Positions 58,335 to 64,000 of a stretch of DNA of 64,000 nt are shown here, piece after piece. The stretch is from Dehalococcoidia bacterium (GTDB lineage Bacteria > Chloroflexota > Dehalococcoidia > Lucifugimonadales > UBA3495): NCBI GenBank assembly GCA_965216425.1, contig CBDCFV010000004.1:121144-185143 (forward strand). Direction: 5' to 3'. The position numbers were made by a program, and so were the translations under genes. Under the pieces are notes generated by a model that worked only from the letters and a program-made list of their open reading frames with translations, was not told where the DNA came from and did no database searches. The stretch's first letter is position 1. Each line of letters starts with the position of its first letter.

Positions 58335-59342
58335 GTGAAAGAGACGCGCCGGCCGCGTCCGGCCCGGCCTGGGGCGGCGGGCTCCTACGATTATGAATAC
58401 GAGCGCAACGGGGTGAGCAACCTTTTCATGCTGTTTGCGCCGCTGGAAGGGTGGCGCCGGGTGGAAGTGACGGACCGGCGCACGAAAGCCGATTGGGCCC
58501 GGGTGGTCAAGCAACTGGTGGACGAGGACTACCCGCACAAGGAGCGTATTGTGCTGGTGATGGACAACTTGAACACCCACCACCCAGCCTCATTGTAGAA
58601 GCCTTTGAACCTGCCGAAGCGCGGCGCATCGCCGAACGGTTGGAGATTCACTACACTCCCAAGCATGGCAGTTGGCTGGATATGGCCGAGATCGAAATCG
58701 GGGTGATGGCCCGGCAATGCCTGGACCGCCGTATTCCCGACCAAAGCGCTCTGCGGCGGGAGGTGGGAGCGTGGCAGCAACAGCGCAACCGGGACGCGAT
58801 ACGGGTGGACTGGCGCTTCACCACCGCGGACGCCCGTATCAAACTGAAGTCCCTGTACCCATCAATACAACACTGACGCACTACTAGGATGATGCTCTTG
58901 AGGCGGTCGGGGTTCGTGCTGCAAAACTGTCGCATATAGCGGTGGTAAGCGGAGTACAGCCCCTCGGCGAGGGTTACGTCCTCGAGCCTGGACAGTCCGT
59001 TGGCCCAGGTGCCCGGAGAGATGTTAAAGCAATTATATAGCCGGAAAGGAATGGCGTAATTGATTTGGCAAACTCGTAGGACCATGACTTTTATGTGTAG
59101 TTACAACATATACAAGTCCAAGAATAGCGACGTATCTCCCTACATTTTTGACACTTTTATATATCATAGAGTATATTGTGCCATCGTTTCCGTATAATAG
59201 TTTGTGTGCAATGCCTGTGGTACCTGCATATATGCCCCTTTATTCAATCACTTCACAGCAATCTTGTAGATTGGCCGCCTTTACTTCCCTTCAGCACAAG
59301 CCCCACTGAGAGCTACTTAATAATCCACAGAGGAGATGTCAC

Positions 59343-61241
59343 ATGGAGCAACGAAGGCTTCCCAACATTACGGCCGTAGTACTAGCATCCTTAGCCATGT
59401 TCTTTCTCGCCTTGGTCGCTTGTGGTGGTACAGCGCCTGCGGAGCCAATAGTTGTGGAAAAGGAAGTGCTAAAAGAAGTAGAGAAGCCAGTAGTGGTTGA
59501 AAAGGAGGTCATCAGAGAAATCGAAAAGCCAGTGGTGGTTGAAAAAGAGGTAGTGAAACAAGTTGAAGTAATCAAAGAGGTGGTGAAAGAGGTCATTCTG
59601 ATTCCTACCGCCGTCGCTGTTCAGAGCGACGATCGCCCTTCCTGGGTGACGCAAGGCAAACGAGGAGGCATTCTGAATATGTCTCACCAAACTGCCACGC
59701 CCAGCCACTGGGACCTCCACTTGGCATGTTGCGCTCAAAGCCTAGCTATGGCGGCCAAATACTACAGCCTTTTGGTTCAATATGATCCGGTTAATCCAAC
59801 GCAGATAGTTGGAGACATGGCTAGATCCTGGGATGTAAGCGACGACGGCCTGTCATACACCTTCCACCTTCACCCCGCTGACTTTAATGACGGAACGCCT
59901 GTGACCTCTCAGGATTGGAAGTTCAGCATAGACCGAATGATCGAGCCAGATGAACCCCGGCCCAGGGCTGGCTTGCTTAGGCCCTACATAAAAGACGTGG
60001 AGGTGATCGATCCAGATACCGTAAGAGTCAACTTAAAGTTCCAAGCAGCTGCCTTTCTTCCGTTTATGGCAGTGGACTACATGGTCGTTATGCCGGAGCA
60101 CTTGATTGCCGAGCCACCTATCGGCATGGGACAGACACCTACCATGACGTCGCCGGAGAGTTTGGTGGGTTCTGGCCCCTTCATGTTTGATGATCATCAG
60201 AAGTTGACCAGCACTTTTGCTGTAAGGAACCCCAACTATTTCAAACAAGGTCTTCCATTCGTCGACGAAATCAGAATCTTTGCTATGGGAGGCAAAGCGA
60301 CTCTAATAGCTGCTTACAAGACCGAACAGGTTCTGATGCATGTTTACGGGGGCACTAGTCTGAGCGCCAGAGACAGCATGGCGTTGGAGGAAGAGCTAAA
60401 AGGCAAAGTGGACATACACTGGTTGCCCCCCACTGCGGTGCGTCTTCTGATTATGAATCACACTAAGCCACCATTCGACGACGCCAGAGTACGCCGAGCT
60501 CTCGCCCTTGGCATTGACAGGAAAGACTTAGTGGAAACGATAGACGCTGGGTTGGCCGAGCAAGGGAGCCCTTTCGTCCCTGGCGCGGGTTGGGGGTCTG
60601 AGCCCGAAGTTGTGGCTACGTGGCCTGGTTATCGATACGTCGACAACTCAGGGCAATTGATCACAGAGTGGAATGGCCGAGATGACCTCACGAAGGACCC
60701 GAGTGACCTAGAAGAAGCAAGGAGATTGTTGGCAGAAGCAGGGTACTCGGACGGTCTGTCGGTAAAGGTGATGGTGCCCAACCGGTCTCTCACCAAGAGC
60801 TATAGCCAATTGGTCAAGCAGCATATGAGGAAGATCGGCGTAGACTTGGACCTGGAACTCAAGGATACGCCGGCAGTCCACGCCAGTTTCCGAAAAGGCG
60901 ACTACGAGGCTGGATTCATAGGGTACGGCATTAATATTCCTGACCCCGATGACCTTTTCGGTGGACTATGGCTCAAACAAGGGTCGAAGAATCAGCTAGA
61001 CTATGAAGACCCGAGGATCCGGGATCTTTTTGAACGCCAGACTAGAGAGGCAGATCTCAGCAAACGGCAGGCCTTGGTGCTGGAAGCTGAGGAAATTATT
61101 CGGCAATGGGAAGGTCATTCAACCAACCTTTGGTGGCAAGCGTCTTGGGGATGGCCTGTAAACAAGAGAGTCAAGAACTTTGTCCCCATACCGACGATAC
61201 AGATTGTGTATAAATATGAGCATCTCTGGCTAGATGAGTAG
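59343..61241 (+). CDS. ABC transporter substrate-binding lipoprotein, family 5 (peptide/nickel type)
   Basis: Signal peptide with lipobox LALVACGG, a VVEKEV repeat linker, then an SBP_bac_5-like body. GAGGAG Shine-Dalgarno sequence. Confidence 0.85.
   Translation: MEQRRLPNITAVVLASLAMFFLALVACGGTAPAEPIVVEKEVLKEVEKPVVVEKEVIREIEKPVVVEKEVVKQVEVIKEVVKEVILIPTAVAVQSDDRPSWVTQGKRGGILNMSHQTATPSHWDLHLACCAQSLAMAAKYYSLLVQYDPVNPTQIVGDMARSWDVSDDGLSYTFHLHPADFNDGTPVTSQDWKFSIDRMIEPDEPRPRAGLLRPYIKDVEVIDPDTVRVNLKFQAAAFLPFMAVDYMVVMPEHLIAEPPIGMGQTPTMTSPESLVGSGPFMFDDHQKLTSTFAVRNPNYFKQGLPFVDEIRIFAMGGKATLIAAYKTEQVLMHVYGGTSLSARDSMALEEELKGKVDIHWLPPTAVRLLIMNHTKPPFDDARVRRALALGIDRKDLVETIDAGLAEQGSPFVPGAGWGSEPEVVATWPGYRYVDNSGQLITEWNGRDDLTKDPSDLEEARRLLAEAGYSDGLSVKVMVPNRSLTKSYSQLVKQHMRKIGVDLDLELKDTPAVHASFRKGDYEAGFIGYGINIPDPDDLFGGLWLKQGSKNQLDYEDPRIRDLFERQTREADLSKRQALVLEAEEIIRQWEGHSTNLWWQASWGWPVNKRVKNFVPIPTIQIVYKYEHLWLDE
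59458..59590 (+). repeat. About three imperfect 42-nt tandem repeats encoding (EKEVxKExEKPVVV)n
   Basis: Units start at 59458, 59500 and 59542, read directly. Confidence 0.7.
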
Positions 61242-61398
61242 ATTTTCAGCCTGTCAGTTTGGCTCAAGTTTTACGTCTTAACCCAAAGTTCACCTTGGAA
61301 GTTAAGGCCATTGGATGTGGATGAGGCCCGATGGCCTAAGCGAATTCCAAGGTGATTAATTTATCAAACGGATGGACTTAGGAAGATCAAAGCGCGTT

Positions 61399-62358
61399 AT
61401 GGGAAGTTACCTCGTCAAACGGATCCTTCTTTTCATTCCCACCTTGGTGATGGTGTCGCTGATCGTTTTCTTCCTTATGCGTGTTATCCCCGGAGACCCG
61501 GCGTTGGTGCTCTTAATGGGAGATTCAGGAGAGGGGAGGTTCACTGAGGAAGACCTAGCTGCGGTACGGCATAAGCTGGGAACCGACCGTCCGTTGTTGG
61601 TTCAATACAGCACTTGGGCTTTGGGCATGCTGAAGGGAGACATGGGTGTATCTATGTATTACCAAGAACCGGTAATACAGGAATTGCGTCGCCGGGTACC
61701 CATTACGCTGCAATTGGCCACAATGGCCATATTGATCTCCTTCATCATCTCCGTTCCTCTTGGGGTGTTAACAGCAGTACGACAAGATACTTGGGTTGAC
61801 CATGTGGGGAAAATCTTCACAATCTTGGGCATCACACTACCCACGTTTTGGGTGGGGATATTGGTGGTATTCTTCCTCGCCGCCCTATTCAACTGGCTAC
61901 CACCGTTAGGCTATGCGACTCTGTGGGACGATCCTCTGACCAATCTACAGCAGTTGATATTCCCAGCTTTGGCGTTGGGATACTTCAATACTGCATTTTC
62001 CGCCCGTGTAACCCGTTCCTCTATGCTTGAAGTCCTTCGAGAAGACTATATACGGACTGCTAGGTCCAAGGGTCTGCACGAGTTTATGATCATAGGGCGA
62101 CATGCCCTGAAAAACGCTTTCCTGCCGGTTATAACGGTGTCGGGCTGGCAATTCAGCCGCCTGCTGGGTGGTTCAATAATTATCGAGATCGTTTTCTTGG
62201 TGCCTGGCTTGGGTAACATTCTGGTTGACAGCGTAGTTCACCGGGACTTCACGTTCATCCAAGCCATAATCATGCTGACTGCCGGCATGGTGTTGACCTT
62301 AAATTTGATTATTGATCTGGCCTATGGCTGGCTCAACCCGAGGCTCCGCTACGAATAG
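61399..62358 (+). CDS. ABC transporter permease (DppB/OppB-like)
   Basis: MGSYLVKRILLFIPTLV N-terminus and an EAA-like loop (MLEVLREDYIRTARSKGL). An alternative ATG lies at 61372. Confidence 0.85.
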   Translation: MGSYLVKRILLFIPTLVMVSLIVFFLMRVIPGDPALVLLMGDSGEGRFTEEDLAAVRHKLGTDRPLLVQYSTWALGMLKGDMGVSMYYQEPVIQELRRRVPITLQLATMAILISFIISVPLGVLTAVRQDTWVDHVGKIFTILGITLPTFWVGILVVFFLAALFNWLPPLGYATLWDDPLTNLQQLIFPALALGYFNTAFSARVTRSSMLEVLREDYIRTARSKGLHEFMIIGRHALKNAFLPVITVSGWQFSRLLGGSIIIEIVFLVPGLGNILVDSVVHRDFTFIQAIIMLTAGMVLTLNLIIDLAYGWLNPRLRYE

Positions 62359-62364
62359 GGAGAA

Positions 62365-63279
62365 ATGTTGTTCAGAGATAGCGATACAGGTGAGGCTGTA
62401 CTGGCACGTCAGAGCGGGTTCGCCCGTTCAGCTGCCCTAGGTTCCAGCCTTATTAGATTTGCTAGACGTAAACCACTCGGAGCCATAGGCGCGGTAAGCT
62501 TAGCGGTGCCGATTCTAGTGGCCATCCTGGCTCCGGTCATAGCCCCCCAAGACCCTTACGAATCATTTGGGAAATACGTCTATGCTCCTCCAGGAAGTGG
62601 GGGATTGCTCTTGGGTGGAGATAGTCTCGGGAGAGATGTACTAAGCCGACTATTTTACGGAGCTCGAATCTCTCTTTTCGTCGGTGTCGTCAGCGTTACC
62701 CTTGGCATCGGTTTCGGGTTTATCGTAGGTGTCATCAGTGCTTATTTTGGTAGTTGGTTTGATCTGTTAATACAGCGTATGGTGGACGCACTTATATCCT
62801 TTCCGGCCATCATTCTGGCCTTGGCCATCATGGCAGTCTTAGGAGCCGCTGTGACGAACGTAATTATTGCTCTGGTAGTAGTGTTAACACCTGGAGCGAT
62901 AAGGACGGTGCGCTCGCAGGCCTTATCCGTTAACGAGATGGACTACATACTGGCCGCACGAGCTGTCGGGTGTAGTCATACCCGAATTATTTTTCACCAC
63001 TTGGCTCCGAATTGCATGGCCATATTCATCATATTAGCCACCGTCACCCTGGGATTCGCGATCATTGTCGAAGCATCCCTCAGCTTCCTCGGAGTTGGCG
63101 TAGACCCTGATATACCTACTTGGGGTGGTATGTTGAACGAGGCCGCCGACGTGTACGTGAAGGCTGCCCCTTGGTTAGGCGTCTTCCCCGGCTTGGCCAT
63201 CGCCTCAGTTGTGATGGGCGCCAACCTTCTCGGCGACGCGCTACGCGACGTCCTCGACCCCAGGCTCCGGGGCACATAA
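62365..63279 (+). CDS. ABC transporter permease (DppC/OppC-like)
   Basis: GGDSLGRDVLSRL and EMDYILAARAVGCSHTRIIFHHLAPN motifs. Confidence 0.85.
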   Translation: MLFRDSDTGEAVLARQSGFARSAALGSSLIRFARRKPLGAIGAVSLAVPILVAILAPVIAPQDPYESFGKYVYAPPGSGGLLLGGDSLGRDVLSRLFYGARISLFVGVVSVTLGIGFGFIVGVISAYFGSWFDLLIQRMVDALISFPAIILALAIMAVLGAAVTNVIIALVVVLTPGAIRTVRSQALSVNEMDYILAARAVGCSHTRIIFHHLAPNCMAIFIILATVTLGFAIIVEASLSFLGVGVDPDIPTWGGMLNEAADVYVKAAPWLGVFPGLAIASVVMGANLLGDALRDVLDPRLRGT

Positions 63280-63295
63280 ACCGGGAGAACAACTA

Positions 63296-64000
63296 ATGGC
63301 GATAACCATTGGGATGGGCGACTTTGTGTACGAGTATGAGGCTGGTTGGGCGAAGTTGCCTGCCGGGGTCCAATTCCAGACCCCCAGCGCAGTGGCTGTC
63401 GATTCGAATGACCGGGTGTATGTGTTCCAGCGGCTTGGGCCTCCGGTCCTGGTATTCGGGCCCGACGGACAGTTTTTGTCAGCGTGGCCCCGGCGGGATA
63501 GGCTGCTGGAGGACGCGCATCACATTTACATAGGCCCCGACGATAGCGTGTACTTGGCCGACCGGGACGCGCACCAAGTGTTGAAATGCACCACCGAGGG
63601 TGAAGTCCTTATGGCACTGGGCAACCGGTACCGGGCGGCGTTGCAGGCCCCGTTCAACCACCCTTCCGACATTGCCGTCGGCCCATCCGGCGACATCTAC
63701 ATTTCTGACGGATACGGCAACTCTTGCGTCCACCGGTTCACCGCAGCGGGAGATTACGTCGGTTCTTTCGGCTCTCCGGGCAGCGGGCTGGGGGAGTTCA
63801 GAGTACCGCACAGTATCAGGGTAGCCAACGACGGCAGGATATACGTCTGTGACCGGGAAAACCACCGGGTGCAGGTGTTCAACGGCGACGGCACGTTCCT
63901 GGAGCAGTGGACCGACTTCAAGTCGCCCATGGGCGTGCACATCGACAACAACCAGATGGTTTACGTTACAGACCAAGTGCCCAGGCTCAGCATTCTCACA
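63296..64000 (+). CDS. NHL-repeat beta-propeller protein (partial, runs off the window)
   Basis: ATG after GGGAGAA. Repeated P.(G/S)(V/I)A(V/I)D..G.(I/V)Y(V/I).D..NHR(V/I)..F units. Open to position 64000, so it is not in the ORF track. Confidence 0.7.
   Translation, partial: MAITIGMGDFVYEYEAGWAKLPAGVQFQTPSAVAVDSNDRVYVFQRLGPPVLVFGPDGQFLSAWPRRDRLLEDAHHIYIGPDDSVYLADRDAHQVLKCTTEGEVLMALGNRYRAALQAPFNHPSDIAVGPSGDIYISDGYGNSCVHRFTAAGDYVGSFGSPGSGLGEFRVPHSIRVANDGRIYVCDRENHRVQVFNGDGTFLEQWTDFKSPMGVHIDNNQMVYVTDQVPRLSILT

Larger units (their letters stand above)
57580..58887 (+). mobile_element. IS630-family element (type C), copy 2, degenerate
   Basis: The first roughly 200 nt are nearly identical to copy 1, then it diverges. 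A7 instead of A8, three hairpin inserts and a 1-nt deletion near 58596. Confidence 0.85.
57209..59085 (-). pseudogene. Roughly 190-aa gene of unknown function split by IS630-C copy 2
   Basis: MVLRVCQINY...DRLKSIIL (59085 to 58888) continues in frame as GLGSCFETITPDSEEYFF...SNPL after the IS is removed. The stop TGA overlaps the ATPase ATG (TGAATG). Confidence 0.55.

Noticed and set aside
59371-59385. GTAGTACTAG inside the substrate-binding protein gene as a MITE family 1 remnant
   Set aside because: Only 10 nt match, it lies in an intact signal-peptide coding region, and there is no second end. Treated as coincidence.

Overview
All calls come from reading the sequence and the ORF track. No homology search, RNA folding or statistics were run, so domain names rest on recognised motifs.

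The window is a GC-rich bacterial accessory region that has been heavily reworked by mobile DNA. Two stretches look like ordinary chromosome:
- 13.8-17.9 kb: amidohydrolase, FAD/BBE-type oxidase and a serine hydrolase.
- 59.3-64.0 kb: family-5 ABC substrate-binding protein, two permeases and an NHL-repeat protein that runs off the right edge.

The rest is a defence and mobile-element graveyard.

**Restriction-modification loci**
- A type III system ordered res-vapC-mod. res is broken by an IS4-family element and by its 194-bp MITE derivative.
- A type IIG-like N6-adenine methyltransferase whose stop codon overlaps the start of a PIN gene. An SF1 helicase lies upstream.
- A decayed methyltransferase with a type-ISP-like C-terminal domain, next to an 862-aa RloC/PrrC-like ATPase.
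- An HsdR C-terminal remnant.

**Toxin-like genes**
- VapC and PIN genes.
- A tandem double-MazF protein.

**Recombinases**
- Two small serine recombinases, one with an in-frame TAG.
- A tyrosine recombinase.

**Insertion sequences and MITEs**
- Four IS630-family elements, two IS5 copies, another IS5-family element, an IS21, an IS4 and ISNCY-like fragments.
- At least six MITE families. Most sit in CTAG sites, and three CTAG sites are shared by adjacent elements.

**Most unusual observations**
1. A 23-25 nt GC-hairpin micro-element occurs five times inside two diverged IS630 transposase genes. Deleting its two copies from one element restores a single 380-codon ORF.
2. PIN toxin genes are wired directly into two different R-M operons with no free-standing antitoxin. 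In one case a VapB/Phd-like tail is fused in frame to the Res C-terminus.
3. A 92-bp perfect direct repeat brackets a small membrane-protein gene, next to a hix-like palindrome and a nonsense-interrupted recombinase.

No rRNA gene, complete tRNA gene or CRISPR array was seen.
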